64,000 bases of DNA. It comes from Acidobacteriota bacterium. Lineage in GTDB: Bacteria; Acidobacteriota; Thermoanaerobaculia; Multivoradales; UBA5704. The stretch spans positions 160,001 to 224,000 of the forward strand of contig JBDTZG010000003.1 of NCBI GenBank assembly GCA_040005235.1, written 5' to 3'. The translations under genes and the position numbers were made by a program. The notes beneath the pieces are model-generated. The model saw nothing but the letters and a program-made list of their open reading frames with translations. It was not told the origin of the DNA and did no database searches. Positions 1 to 10,554 of this stretch are shown in pieces; within the stretch, counting starts at the first letter, position 1, and each line of letters opens with the position of its first letter.

Positions 1-186
1 CGATCCCCGCGGCGCCAACCGGCCCCACGAAAAGCATCAGCGCAAGCAACGACAGCCCCAGAACGATCCGCTTCATCTAGCCATCCCCCAAGTCTTCGTC
101 GGCCCCGCGGGCAAGGCACACCCCTCCCCCACGCCGGTGCGACGGTCTCGGGAGGATCTTACGGAGGTCTCGGGGGAAAGTTTGGT

Positions 187-2343
187 CTAACCCTTGGGTT
201 TCGTCGTCTCTACCGGCACCGTCTTCTTGCCGACGTCCCAGCGGTCCAGCCAGCCGAAGAACTCCTTCCACCAGAGCAGCGCCGCCTGGGGCTTCAAGAT
301 CCAGTGGTTCTCGTCGGGGAAGATGACGATCCGGCTGGGGATGCCTTTGGCGGCGAGGACCTGATGGAGGTTGATGCCTTGGCTCACCGGTACGCGGAAG
401 TCGCGTTCGCCGTGGAGGATGAGGGTGGGAGTCTTGAAGTTCTTGGCGTAGTAGCTCGGCGACCAGCGGACGATGCGCTGCGGGTCCTGCCAGGGGGTGG
501 AACCGTAGTTGCCCGACCGGCCCCAGATCGAGTCGGAGGCGAACTGCGCCATTAGGTCGTAGACCCCGGCGTGGGAGATGAGCGCGGAATAGCGGTCGGT
601 GTGGCCGAGAATCCAGTCGATCATGTAGCCGCCGTAGGAGCCGCCCGCGGCGAATAGGCGCTTGGAATCGACCCAGCCGCGCTTGATCAGCTCGTCGGTG
701 GCGGCCTGAATATCGGCGAACGGCTTGTCGCCGTGGGCGCCGACGATCGATTCAGCGAACGCCTGGCCGTAGCCGGTCGAGCCGTGGAAGTTGACCATCG
801 CGACCAGGAAGCCGTGCGAGGCCATCAGCCGGGCGTTCCAGCGGAACGAGAACTCGTCCTGGAAGGCGCCGAACGGCCCGCCGTGAATCGCCTGAAGGAG
901 CGGCGCCTTGGTCTTACCTTCCTCGAAACCGGGCGGAAAGATGATCACCACGTGAACCTTCTGGCCGCCGGCCCCGGCGATGTCGAGGTCGGTCGTTTCG
1001 ATCGGGTCGAGCTTAGAGATGCGCTCGTTGTTGAACGAGCTGAGTAGAGTCTCGGAGTCGGGGTCCGAAAGCGCCACGGAGTGCAGCTCGGCCGGCGCGC
1101 GCAGGGAGGTGCGGGTAAAGACGACCTGGCCCGCCGCTCCGCAGTCGGCGCCCGCGAGCACCCCGCCGCGCGCGAGCACCTTCAACGGTTCGCCGCCGGA
1201 TGCCGGAGCGAGGTAGAGGTTGATCTTCGCGCGCTCTTCGACCAGCAGCAGCAGCTCGCCCGCCGGGCCGAAGCCGGAGAGGCTGGGCGCCACGTCCCAT
1301 TTCGAGAACAGCTCTTCGCTCTTGCTGGTGGTGCGGTCGAACCGGGCAAGGTGCGCGAAATCGGGATCGACCTCCCGGCGCCGGGTGCGCGAGTAGTAGA
1401 TGTAGCGGCTATCCGGCGAGTAGCGCGGCGAGGTCTCGTCGGCCGGCTGGTCGGCGGTCAGATCGCGGATCGGCCCGGCCGGCTCGCCGGTGGGAGAAAG
1501 CGCGAGCGAATAGACATCGCTGTTGATGTCCTTCCACGGGGAGGCGGTGGCATTGGCGGAAAAGGCGATTTCTCCGCCGTCCCTGGCGAGATCCCAATCG
1601 ATTCCGCCACCCTGAAACTGGGTGCGGCGATCCATGCCCGGCGTGAGGTCGCGCACCTTCTTGGTCGAAAGGTCGAGCACGAACAGGTGGGCGACCGTGC
1701 CCTCGGTGACGTAGGTGTCCCAGGCGCGCAGCCAGAGCCCGTCGGCGATCTTCGCCTGGGTCTTGTCATCTTTCTGCTCGCTGAGCCGCTTTTTCACCTT
1801 GTCCCAATCGTCGTTCAGATCCGGAAAGGTCGAGGCTGCGAAGAACAGGCGCGCGCCGTCCGGGCTCCACTTGGCGGCCGAGGGCGAGACCGGCAGGTCG
1901 GTCGCCGGCTGCGCCTCTCCCCCGTCAAGCGATAGGAGATAGAGCTGAGCCGGCTTGTCCTTGTCGCCGCCGCGCTTCGAAACGAACGCGATCCTTTTGC
2001 CGTCCGGGCTCCAGCTGGGGCTGCCGTCGGTCTCCTCGTTCCAGGTCAGCCGCCGCGGCGGCACGGTGCCGTCGGTGGGCACCAGCCAAAGGTCGGAATT
2101 TCCCTTGTTCTTGTCGACCGAATAGGCGGTGACCGAAAAGACCGCGCTATTCCCGTCGGGCGAGACCGCGACCGAGCCAACGCGTTCCATCGCCCAGAGA
2201 TCCTCGGGCGTCATCGGATGCGTGACGACGGCGTCCGGATCATTCTCCGCAGCGGCAGGCGGAGGATCGGCGGCGAATATCGGGACGGAGCAGACGACCA
2301 GAAGACCGAGACAGAGCCGGAGGGACAGTTTTCGCAGGTTCAT
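187..2343 (-). CDS. S9 family prolyl oligopeptidase / dipeptidyl-peptidase, secreted
   Basis: Signal peptide, PD40-like beta-propeller repeats (SPSWSPDGKRIAF), catalytic GGSYGG, HGERDFRV and DENH motifs. Confidence 0.92.
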   Translation of the reverse strand: MNLRKLSLRLCLGLLVVCSVPIFAADPPPAAAENDPDAVVTHPMTPEDLWAMERVGSVAVSPDGNSAVFSVTAYSVDKNKGNSDLWLVPTDGTVPPRRLTWNEETDGSPSWSPDGKRIAFVSKRGGDKDKPAQLYLLSLDGGEAQPATDLPVSPSAAKWSPDGARLFFAASTFPDLNDDWDKVKKRLSEQKDDKTQAKIADGLWLRAWDTYVTEGTVAHLFVLDLSTKKVRDLTPGMDRRTQFQGGGIDWDLARDGGEIAFSANATASPWKDINSDVYSLALSPTGEPAGPIRDLTADQPADETSPRYSPDSRYIYYSRTRRREVDPDFAHLARFDRTTSKSEELFSKWDVAPSLSGFGPAGELLLLVEERAKINLYLAPASGGEPLKVLARGGVLAGADCGAAGQVVFTRTSLRAPAELHSVALSDPDSETLLSSFNNERISKLDPIETTDLDIAGAGGQKVHVVIIFPPGFEEGKTKAPLLQAIHGGPFGAFQDEFSFRWNARLMASHGFLVAMVNFHGSTGYGQAFAESIVGAHGDKPFADIQAATDELIKRGWVDSKRLFAAGGSYGGYMIDWILGHTDRYSALISHAGVYDLMAQFASDSIWGRSGNYGSTPWQDPQRIVRWSPSYYAKNFKTPTLILHGERDFRVPVSQGINLHQVLAAKGIPSRIVIFPDENHWILKPQAALLWWKEFFGWLDRWDVGKKTVPVETTKPKG

Positions 2344-2434
2344 GGCGCGCGGATGTTACACCGCCGCCGCGCCCATAGACCTGGCCCCGTTTTCACGTCG
2401 CCGTGGTGGTCGGTGCTCGGGGATTTTTTGGGCG

Positions 2435-4813
2435 TCAGACGGAGGTCGGCTCCATTTCGAACGTCGATTCGTCCGGCAGGGCGGCGATCGCCACCGGTTC
2501 CTCTTCCGGTTCGGGCTCTTCGACCGGGATGGCCAGTGCTTTACGGGTCGGCTCGATCGTGAGGTCGCGCCGCAGGACGATGCCGGAAAGCGGCGGGAGC
2601 GTCAGGCGCACGGACCAGTCCCAGGCACCGAGCGATTCTTCTTCCGCTTCGACGCCGTCCGGATTGCCGGTTCCTGTGCCGCCGTAGAGGGTCGAATCGC
2701 TGTTCAAGACCTCGCGCCAGACGCCGCCTTGGGGTAGGCCCACGGGGTAGTTCTCGCGCAGAACGGGGGTGAAGTTGAGGACGATCGCGACCGGTTCGCC
2801 TTCGGGGTCGGCGGGTTTCCTCAGGATTGCGAGGACGCTCCGTTGCGCGTCGCTGCAATCGAGCCATTCGAAGCCTTCGCTCGGTTTCGCGTCCAGCTCG
2901 TGGAGTGCCGGCTCATCGATATAGAGGTGGTTCGCGTCGCGGACGAACGCGTGGAGCCCCGCGTGCTGCGGGTCGTCGAGCAGATGCCAGTCGAGGCTGG
3001 TGTCGTGGTTCCACTCGCGCCACTGGCCGATTTCGCCGCCCATGAATAGGAGCTTCTTGCCCGGCTGGGCCAGCATGTAGGCGAACAGCAAGCGCAGGTT
3101 GGCGAAGCGCTCGGCGAGGTCGCCGGGCATCTTGCCGATCAGCGAGCCCTTCACATGGACCACCTCGTCATGCGACAGCGGCAGGACGAAGTTTTCGCTC
3201 CCGGCGTACATCGCCCGAAAGGTGAGCAGGCCGTGGTGGTGGCTCCTCGCGAGCGGATCGAGGGCGAAGTACTTCAAGGTGTCGTGCATCCACCCCATGT
3301 CCCACTTCATGTCGAAGCCGAGACCGCCGTCTTCGACCGGGCGGGAGACCAGCGGCCAGGCGGTCGATTCCTCGGCGACGCACAGGGTGTCGGGGAAGCG
3401 CTCGGCGATCTGCCGGTTCAGGGAGTGAAGGAAATCGATCGCTTCGAGGTTCTCGCGCCCGCCGTGGACGTTCGGCTCCCACCCCCCTTCGCCGCGCGAA
3501 TAGTCGCGATAGAGCATCGAGGCCACGGCGTCCACGCGCAAGCCGTCGGCGTGGTAGAGGTCGAGCCAGAACAACGCTGACGAGACCAGGAAGCTCTGGA
3601 CCTCGTGGCGGCCATAGTTGAAGATCAGGCTCCCCCAATCGGGATGGAAGCCCAGGCGCGGATCGGCGTGCTCGTAGAGGTAGGTGCCGTCGAAATATCC
3701 GAGTGCGAACTCGTCGGTCGGAAAGTGCGAGGGGACCCAATCGAGCAGGACGCCGATGCCGCGCTGGTGGAGCGTGTCGATCAGGAACATCAGGTCCTGC
3801 GGCGAGCCGTAACGGCTGGTGGCGGCGAAGAATCCCGTCACCTGGTAGCCCCAAGAGCCGTAGAACGGATGCTCCATCACCGGCAACAGCTCGACGTGGG
3901 TGAAGCCCATTTCGACCGCGTAGTCGGCGAGCGCGGGCGCCAGCTCGCGATAGGTCATCGGCCGCGGCTCTTCCCCGTCGTCCGAGGCCAGGCGGCGCCA
4001 CGAGCCCAAATGCACCTCGTAGATCGAGACCGGCGCGTCGAGCGCGTTGTTGGCTTTGCGCCCGGCCATCCAATCGCCGTCCTGCCAAACGTAATCGAGC
4101 GTGGCGACGATCGACGCCTGTTCGGGCGGGACCTGCGCGGTGAACGCGAACGGATCGGCTTTATCGGCCTGGTAGTTGGCGAAGCGCGATTCGACCCGGT
4201 ACTTGTAGCGCGCGCCGAGGGCGACGCCGGGAATGAACGCCGCCCAGACGCCGGAACCACCCAAGCGGGCGAGGGGATCGACCCCCGCCTTCCAGCCGTT
4301 CCAGTCGCCGATCAGAGAGACCCGCTCGGCATCGGGCGCCCAGACGGAGAAGTACGTCCCCGGCTTGCCGTCGGGCGAGACGCCGACGCGCGAGCCGAGC
4401 TTGTCGTACAGCCGGAAGTGGGTGCCGCCGTTGAACAGCCAAAGGTCCTGCTCGGTCAACAGGGTGAAAGGGGCGACGGAGGTAGGAGGAGTAGAAGCAA
4501 CAGCAGAAACAACAGCGTCTGGGTGGGAAGGAGCAGTCGGGGCGATCGAGGCGAGCTCAGCGCTCTCGGCCGGTTTCGCCGCTTTCTTCAGCGCCGGCTT
4601 CACCGCCGGCTTGACCGCCTTCTTCGCGGCCTTGAGCGGAGCCGCCGGGGCTTCCTTAGCCGCCGCCCGCGCACGCCCTGGAGCTATGACTTCAATTGCC
4701 TGCCCACGGGCAGGCGCCTTTTTCTTTTTTTCTTCACCTGAAGCTTTTGCTGTTTTTTCTGCTTTCGCGGGAGTTGCTACTTTCTTCTTTGGGGTCTTCT
4801 TCGTTTCGCTCAT
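2435..4813 (-). CDS. glgB: 1,4-alpha-glucan branching enzyme with Lys/Ala/Pro-rich N-terminal extension
   Basis: GH13 motifs [41 protein letters not shown]; adjacent to malQ. Confidence 0.96.
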   Translation of the reverse strand: MSETKKTPKKKVATPAKAEKTAKASGEEKKKKAPARGQAIEVIAPGRARAAAKEAPAAPLKAAKKAVKPAVKPALKKAAKPAESAELASIAPTAPSHPDAVVSAVASTPPTSVAPFTLLTEQDLWLFNGGTHFRLYDKLGSRVGVSPDGKPGTYFSVWAPDAERVSLIGDWNGWKAGVDPLARLGGSGVWAAFIPGVALGARYKYRVESRFANYQADKADPFAFTAQVPPEQASIVATLDYVWQDGDWMAGRKANNALDAPVSIYEVHLGSWRRLASDDGEEPRPMTYRELAPALADYAVEMGFTHVELLPVMEHPFYGSWGYQVTGFFAATSRYGSPQDLMFLIDTLHQRGIGVLLDWVPSHFPTDEFALGYFDGTYLYEHADPRLGFHPDWGSLIFNYGRHEVQSFLVSSALFWLDLYHADGLRVDAVASMLYRDYSRGEGGWEPNVHGGRENLEAIDFLHSLNRQIAERFPDTLCVAEESTAWPLVSRPVEDGGLGFDMKWDMGWMHDTLKYFALDPLARSHHHGLLTFRAMYAGSENFVLPLSHDEVVHVKGSLIGKMPGDLAERFANLRLLFAYMLAQPGKKLLFMGGEIGQWREWNHDTSLDWHLLDDPQHAGLHAFVRDANHLYIDEPALHELDAKPSEGFEWLDCSDAQRSVLAILRKPADPEGEPVAIVLNFTPVLRENYPVGLPQGGVWREVLNSDSTLYGGTGTGNPDGVEAEEESLGAWDWSVRLTLPPLSGIVLRRDLTIEPTRKALAIPVEEPEPEEEPVAIAALPDESTFEMEPTSV

Positions 4814-4844
4814 CCGGCGATCGTATCAGGCGCTCTCTTGAGTC

Positions 4845-6947
4845 TCAGGCCAGCGCGCCGCCTTTGCGGACCTCGGCGCGCAACTCCTCCACACGTTCGA
4901 GCGTCGTCCGCACCTCCGGCAGCTCGGCCATCTCTTCGAGGGTGTAGCGGGCCTTACGCTGCCAGTTCGGCCGCTCGACGTGGGTTCCCGGGACATTCTG
5001 CGGCCGGGTCTCCCCCCAGAGGTCTTCGAGGTTGACCAGGGCGATCGGCGCAGGGCTTGCGGCCAGGTGCTCGTGGAGCGCGAGGGAGACCTGGGAAAAC
5101 TTCTGGTCTTCCGGGATGCTCCCGCCGCGGGTGATCGCCACCGCGGTAGCGAGCCGCGTTCGCAGGCGGCCCCGACGCTCGCGATCGCGTGCCGCCACCT
5201 CGTCGTCGATCGCGCCCAGCGCCTGGAGGTCGGCGATCTCGGCGCCCTGCCAGTAGGAATGAAACGGCGGCATGTCATGGGTGTTCAAAGAAGCCGCGGT
5301 GTTGGCGGGCGGTTTGCGGATCAGCTCCGGACCGTCGGGGTCGAGCTCGTACTGGGCGACGAACAGGCCCATGATGTTGTGGCGTTCCATCGCCTCATAG
5401 ACCTCGGGGGCGACGGTGCCGAGGTTCTCGCCGACCAGCGCGGAGCCGTGGCGGTGCGACTCGATCGACAGCACGGCGTACAGCTCCTCGGCCGGGTAGG
5501 TGACGTAGACCCCCTCGGTCGCGGGCAGGCCGTTCGGCACCCAGAACAGGCGGTGGAGCTGCATCACGTGGTCGATGCGCAGGAGGCCCGCGTGCTCCAG
5601 GTGATGGCGCAGGCTCGCGATCAGATAGTCGTAGCCGCGCTCGCGTTGGCGCTCGGGGTGGATCGGCGGAAAGCCCCAGTCCTGACCCCCTTGAAACAGC
5701 GCGTCCGGCGGCGCGCCGGCAGAAGAACCCCGGGCGAACAGATCGGGAAAACGCCAGACGTCGAACGAGCTGCCGTGCACTCCGAGCGGCAGGTCGAGGT
5801 AGAGCCCCGGTCCGCGGGCGCGGGCGGAGGCGGCCAGCTCGGCGAGCTGCTGCTCCGCGGCCCACTGTGCATAGAGGTGATAGCGCACCGTCTCGGGAAG
5901 GAAATCGGCGTCGGCCAGGCGCCCCTCGCGCTCGGCTTCCGGCCAGCTTTGCCACGAGGTGCCGTGACGGTCGCCCACAGCGCGGAATTTGGCGTATTCC
6001 TGAAGGTACGGCTTGGTCTTCAAAAAGCGCTCGAACTCCGACCGGCGGCCGTCCGAAAGCGACAGGGTGCTCTTCGCCAGCTCGGCGAGGACGCTCCGCT
6101 TGAGCTTCGCTGTGCGCGCCCAATCGACCGAGCCCAAGGCTGCGAGCGCCGCCGCCTCGGCGAGAAAATCGGCGCTTTCGACCAGCGCGCGGGCGCTGGC
6201 CGATCCGGAAAACTCAGGCAGGCGGCGCGGATCGACATAGACCTCGTTCCAGAACAGGCGCGAGGCGGGGGCGTAGGGGCTCGGCTCGAACGGCTCGGAA
6301 CCGAGAAAGGTCGCGAGCAGCGGCAGGGTCGCGACCAGGCCACCGCCGTACTCGGCGAGCCAGCGCGCCAGGCGGTCGAGATCGGAAAAATCGCCCGCGC
6401 CCCAGCTGTCGGCGGTGCGCAGGGCGTAAAGCGGAAGAAAGCCCCCCCAAAGACCGCGCTGCCGCAGCTCGAAACTGCGGCGCGGCGCGGCGAGGATCAG
6501 GACCTTCGAACGCTCGCCACGCACCTCGATCGTCAGGTGGTGGTTGCCGACCGGCACCGATTCGACCACCGGCAGCAGAACTTCGCCGGGGACGGCGCCC
6601 GGCCGCAGGGTGGAGCCGTCGATCGAGGTCAGCCAGCGATCGCCGCTTTCGAGATCAAGCTGGCAGCCGAACGCCCCCGTCCCGGGCGGCAGGCGCAGCG
6701 GCACGTAGACTTCCTTGCCCTCCCAAGAAACGACCACCGGCGGCGCCAGCCGCTCGGCAAGCTCGCGGCGCCGCTCGGCCAGTGCGTCGGTCGCGTCGGC
6801 GCTCCGATCGATCGGAGCGCCGAGCGCCGCAAGCACGCCCAGCAACGCCTCGGGGCTCGCCTGGCGGTCGTGGTGCCAGGCGTCGCGATAGGCGGTCTGC
6901 ACGCCGTGCAGGCGGGCGAGCTCCAGCAGATCGGAGTCAGACGACAT
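4845..6947 (-). CDS. malQ: 4-alpha-glucanotransferase (GH77)
   Basis: SPYAPASR, YLDLPLG, GAPPD..GQDWGFP, LRIDHV, GENLG, NVPGT..NWQRK. Confidence 0.95.
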   Translation of the reverse strand: MSSDSDLLELARLHGVQTAYRDAWHHDRQASPEALLGVLAALGAPIDRSADATDALAERRRELAERLAPPVVVSWEGKEVYVPLRLPPGTGAFGCQLDLESGDRWLTSIDGSTLRPGAVPGEVLLPVVESVPVGNHHLTIEVRGERSKVLILAAPRRSFELRQRGLWGGFLPLYALRTADSWGAGDFSDLDRLARWLAEYGGGLVATLPLLATFLGSEPFEPSPYAPASRLFWNEVYVDPRRLPEFSGSASARALVESADFLAEAAALAALGSVDWARTAKLKRSVLAELAKSTLSLSDGRRSEFERFLKTKPYLQEYAKFRAVGDRHGTSWQSWPEAEREGRLADADFLPETVRYHLYAQWAAEQQLAELAASARARGPGLYLDLPLGVHGSSFDVWRFPDLFARGSSAGAPPDALFQGGQDWGFPPIHPERQRERGYDYLIASLRHHLEHAGLLRIDHVMQLHRLFWVPNGLPATEGVYVTYPAEELYAVLSIESHRHGSALVGENLGTVAPEVYEAMERHNIMGLFVAQYELDPDGPELIRKPPANTAASLNTHDMPPFHSYWQGAEIADLQALGAIDDEVAARDRERRGRLRTRLATAVAITRGGSIPEDQKFSQVSLALHEHLAASPAPIALVNLEDLWGETRPQNVPGTHVERPNWQRKARYTLEEMAELPEVRTTLERVEELRAEVRKGGALA

Positions 6948-7192
6948 GATGCGCGCTCTCCTCGAATTCGAGTCGATGTTATCCGGTTATCGCGTCCGTT
7001 CGAGCGAGCGCGCGAGGAGGTTCGCGGTGATCTGCGCGCCGAATTCGTGCCCGTCCAGGGCACCGCCCTCTCGGAAAAAGCTCTCGCTTCTACACCGAAA
7101 AGACCCCTAACTGCACAATAATCGGTTCAAACCCGTACAATAGGCGGCAGGAGCCTCCGGGCCACCCGGAAAACTTTTTCGCCGTAGTTCTT

Positions 7193-8530
7193 ATGAGGAC
7201 ATTGCTGCCCATGTCGAGATCTCGCGCACTCGCCCTCTCCTGCCTCGCACTGCTCGCCGCGCCGGCCCTCGCCGAAATCCGCTTCGTACCGGTCCCGATG
7301 TACGGTCCAGGCACGGTCAAGATCCTGGCCGAATACTCCCGCGCAACCACCGGACCGCACAAGGTGGACGTCACCCGCGTTCCCGAAGGGGTGTCCGGCT
7401 TGGGGATCGTGGCCACGCACGACCAGGTCTACATCGGCCCCTCGACCGCGACCAAGTACCCGCTGCTCAACATTACCCCCGGCGCTCCGGGGCTGATCGT
7501 TCTGAACGCGGAGCCCGGCTTGGTGGCCGACGAAGTCTCGTTGGAGCTCGGCAAGGCGCCGACCAACTCGGGGTGGGAGCTACCGCTCCTGAGCTCGGAG
7601 ACCGCCTTTCGCGCCAACGCTTTCGCCTTTGTCCAGAACTTGACCAAGACGAGCGACGCCACCAGCAACTTGAGTCTGTTCAACGTGAGCGGCCTCGCCG
7701 CCACCTGCCGGTACCAGATTCTGCGCCCGAACAACACGGTGCTCGCCGAGCGCACCGATATCGCGGTTCCCGCGGTCGGCGCCGTGCGCTTCGACGACGT
7801 GCTCGCGACCGCCGCGGTCGGTGGCGGCTACGTCGGCTCGGTCACCTGCAACCAGGCCTTCTACGCCATGGGCGCCCTCCCGAACAGCGACCGGACCCGC
7901 GCGCGGACGTACTATCCCACGACCGCGTTCCCCACCGCCGGCACCGCAACGACCCTGGTCGACCGGCGCGGCCTGTTCCTGAACGTGGTGGACGGCAACT
8001 CCTTCCTGCGCATCCCCGTGCCGCTCCAAACCGCTCCCTCCGGCCCCGGGCCGCGCTACAAGTCGTTGACCATCGACTTCGACGCCCGGACCGCCGATCC
8101 GGAAGGCTACACCGTGATCCGTAACCTCGTCGGCTTCTTGAGGAACGGCGGTCGTCGGTTCAAGAAGACCCTCTATTTCGGCAACTTCGACCGTCTCGAC
8201 GCCCTCGGAGGGCCGAAGATGATCGTCGATGTCGGCACCCCCTACATCGAAACCACGATCAAACGCCTGCTCGACCTCTCGGGTCCGACCAAGAACCTGC
8301 ACTTCCACATCGAGCTGAACGCGGACCAGAAGCTCATGGTCTACCAGATCTTCAACGCCAACAACTCCGCCATCTTCAATATGTCGTCCTCGCTTTACAA
8401 CGACGACCTGAACGCGGTGGGAGCCGACGTACCAACGCTCGAATTCGGCCTGCCCGGGGTGGCGGATGACGCCTACTACCCGCCGTACGGCTGGCGCTTT
8501 CTTAACCTGAAGGTGGTCGGCCGGAAATAA
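7193..8530 (+). CDS. Hypothetical secreted protein (beta-rich)
   Basis: 445-aa ORF with host-like codon bias and N-terminal signal peptide (ALA-E); no family recognised. Confidence 0.75.
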   Translation: MRTLLPMSRSRALALSCLALLAAPALAEIRFVPVPMYGPGTVKILAEYSRATTGPHKVDVTRVPEGVSGLGIVATHDQVYIGPSTATKYPLLNITPGAPGLIVLNAEPGLVADEVSLELGKAPTNSGWELPLLSSETAFRANAFAFVQNLTKTSDATSNLSLFNVSGLAATCRYQILRPNNTVLAERTDIAVPAVGAVRFDDVLATAAVGGGYVGSVTCNQAFYAMGALPNSDRTRARTYYPTTAFPTAGTATTLVDRRGLFLNVVDGNSFLRIPVPLQTAPSGPGPRYKSLTIDFDARTADPEGYTVIRNLVGFLRNGGRRFKKTLYFGNFDRLDALGGPKMIVDVGTPYIETTIKRLLDLSGPTKNLHFHIELNADQKLMVYQIFNANNSAIFNMSSSLYNDDLNAVGADVPTLEFGLPGVADDAYYPPYGWRFLNLKVVGRK

Positions 8531-8690
8531 ACTTCGGCCTGGCAGCCGGGAGATCGAGGGGCGGAAGATCTCGGGGAACCGAGACTCCGCCCCTCGGCGC
8601 ATCCGATCGGTCCCGGCGCGATGCGGTTCTCCCCCAAAAGCCTTCTTTCCCCGGTTTTCCAAGCTAAGCTTCCACCCTGGAAGCATCGCC

Positions 8691-9755
8691 GTGCGAAAGA
8701 TCGCCCTTATTCTCGCCTCTTTCTTGCTCGCGTTGGTCGCGGCCGAAGGTGTGATCCGCCTGCTCGGCGCCGCGCCGGAGGTCGGCTGGGTCCGAATCGG
8801 TCGATTCCAACTGTCGAAAGATCCCCTGATCGGCTTCGAGCCGATACCCTCCCTCCTCACCACCGAATTCACCAACGACCTGGTCGATTACACCGGCGCG
8901 GCCAACCGCCTGGGTTTCCGCGACCGCGAACACCCGGTGGAGAAGCCGCCCGGCGTGTTCAGAATCCTGGTGCTTGGCGACAGCGTGGGCGTGGGCCTCA
9001 AGGTCGAGCGGTACGAACAGACGTTTCCCGCATTGCTCGAACAGAACCTCCGTCAAAACGGCTGGAACGCCGAGGTGATCAACCTATCGGTCACCGGTTA
9101 CAACACCCAGCAGGAAGTCGAGTCTTTCGTCGAAAAAGGGCTGAGATTTTCGCCCGACCTGGTGCTCGTCGCCTACACCCTGAGCGACCGCGAGCGGCTC
9201 GACGGCAATATTATGGAGACGCTGCTTTCGGCGGCGCGCATCGGTCCGGCCCGGACGATGCGGAAGGCGAACCCCTATCTGATTCACAGCGCGCTCTACC
9301 GCTTCCTGTTGTACCGGGTCTTCCGCCCCAAGGCGACTCACACGAACGAGGCGGAATCGAAAGAGTCGGAGCGGGCGCTAGCAGCGATCTCGGGCGACAC
9401 CGTGGCGCCTTCGCTCGCGCGGTTGGGGAAGCTCGCCCAAGAGCACCGGTTCCGCGTTCTGGTCGCCGTTTTTCCCTATTTCGTCCACCTGACCGACGGC
9501 TACAAATACCGAGCCGAACACGCCTCCGCCGCTCGCGAAGCCACCCGCAACGGCTTCGAGGTACTGGACCTGCTGGCTCCGCTGCAGAGATGCCAGCGCG
9601 CCGCCGGCCAGGCGATCCACGTCGACAGCTTCCACCCCAATGAGATCGGTCACCGCTGCGCCGCGGAAGCGATGGGGAATGCGATTCTTTTCGGCGCCCC
9701 GCCCAACCAATGGGCCCGCCACCGCAGGAAACCGCGGCATACCCAGCGGTCGTAG
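8691..9755 (+). CDS. SGNH/GDSL hydrolase family protein
   Basis: N-terminal TM anchor, NRLGFRD, ILVLGDS, GYN, DSFHPN (DxxH). Confidence 0.88.
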   Translation: MRKIALILASFLLALVAAEGVIRLLGAAPEVGWVRIGRFQLSKDPLIGFEPIPSLLTTEFTNDLVDYTGAANRLGFRDREHPVEKPPGVFRILVLGDSVGVGLKVERYEQTFPALLEQNLRQNGWNAEVINLSVTGYNTQQEVESFVEKGLRFSPDLVLVAYTLSDRERLDGNIMETLLSAARIGPARTMRKANPYLIHSALYRFLLYRVFRPKATHTNEAESKESERALAAISGDTVAPSLARLGKLAQEHRFRVLVAVFPYFVHLTDGYKYRAEHASAAREATRNGFEVLDLLAPLQRCQRAAGQAIHVDSFHPNEIGHRCAAEAMGNAILFGAPPNQWARHRRKPRHTQRS

Positions 9756-9876
9756 CCGTGGGGTCCGGGCTCGAAGCGCCTCGAAGATCTTCGCCCTCCT
9801 TAGGTCCCTATGGACCGCGCCGTGCCCGACACGCAGATCGAACTGCCGGGCGCGGGCGGAATTTCCGCACGGATTA

Positions 9877-10167
9877 CTAGTACCCCTGAAGACTCCGAAC
9901 CTCGTCGTAGCATCCCCCGCACAGCAACTTGATGCCCGCAAACGCCTCGGATCGTTCGTTCCAATCGCCCGAATGGCCGCCTTCGCGAATTCGAACTAGT
10001 TCGCATGCCGAGCACCAAGCGTCTCCCCGGGGCGAGTCGTCGAAGAAGAAACCAATCCTCTCTCGCGTCCGCAGTGCGCTTACCAGGTGTTGGCAAACAA
10101 ACGTCTCCTGCTGCATCCCGTGTTCGGCACATTCGACCAGTTCGCCCATAGGCTCCTTGACAGGCAT
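9877..10167 (-). CDS. Small Cys/His-rich hypothetical protein
   Basis: 96 aa with CAEHG, CQH, CSAC, CGGC motifs; immediately downstream of tRNA-Thr. Confidence 0.65.
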   Translation of the reverse strand: MPVKEPMGELVECAEHGMQQETFVCQHLVSALRTRERIGFFFDDSPRGDAWCSACELVRIREGGHSGDWNERSEAFAGIKLLCGGCYDEVRSLQGY

Positions 10168-10205
10168 TGGCCAGACAGATTCTCAAGCGGATTGGGGGCC
10201 TACGT

Positions 10206-10280
10206 TGGAGCCGACGGCCGGGATTGAACCGGCGACCTGCTGATTACGAATCAGCTGCTCTACCGCTGAGCTACGTCGGC
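10206..10280 (-). tRNA. tRNA-Thr(CGT)
   Basis: Reverse complement GCCGACGTAGCTCAGCGGTAGAGCAGCTGATTCGTAATCAGCAGGTCGCCGGTTCAATCCCGGCCGTCGGCTCCA; cloverleaf, anticodon CGT, CCA end. Confidence 0.97.
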
Positions 10281-10554
10281 AATTTGAAGCAGGAGCGCTT
10301 GGGACCGCGAGCGCTGGCGGATTGTAGGGGATCGCCCCGGCGGGCGCAACACGCACCCCGGGGGTGCACAGGCCCCTGCCAAAGTCGCGCCGCAACCGAC
10401 TCTCTCGGGCAGCCCCGTCCGATCGCAGGCTACTTCCGAATCTGCACCCCTACCCCCTCCTGAAAGACCTTGTCAAAGCCAGACGGGATCCTCTCTTGGC
10501 CGCCACTCCAACCGTGTTAGCGTCTCGCGCGATGATCCCCGGGACTCAGTCTTA

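Noticed and set aside
4980-7121. 713-aa plus-strand ORF and similar long ORFs (e.g. 21191-22732, 29539-31398, 48877-50664)
   Set aside because: Antisense shadows of well-supported genes; expected in high-GC DNA
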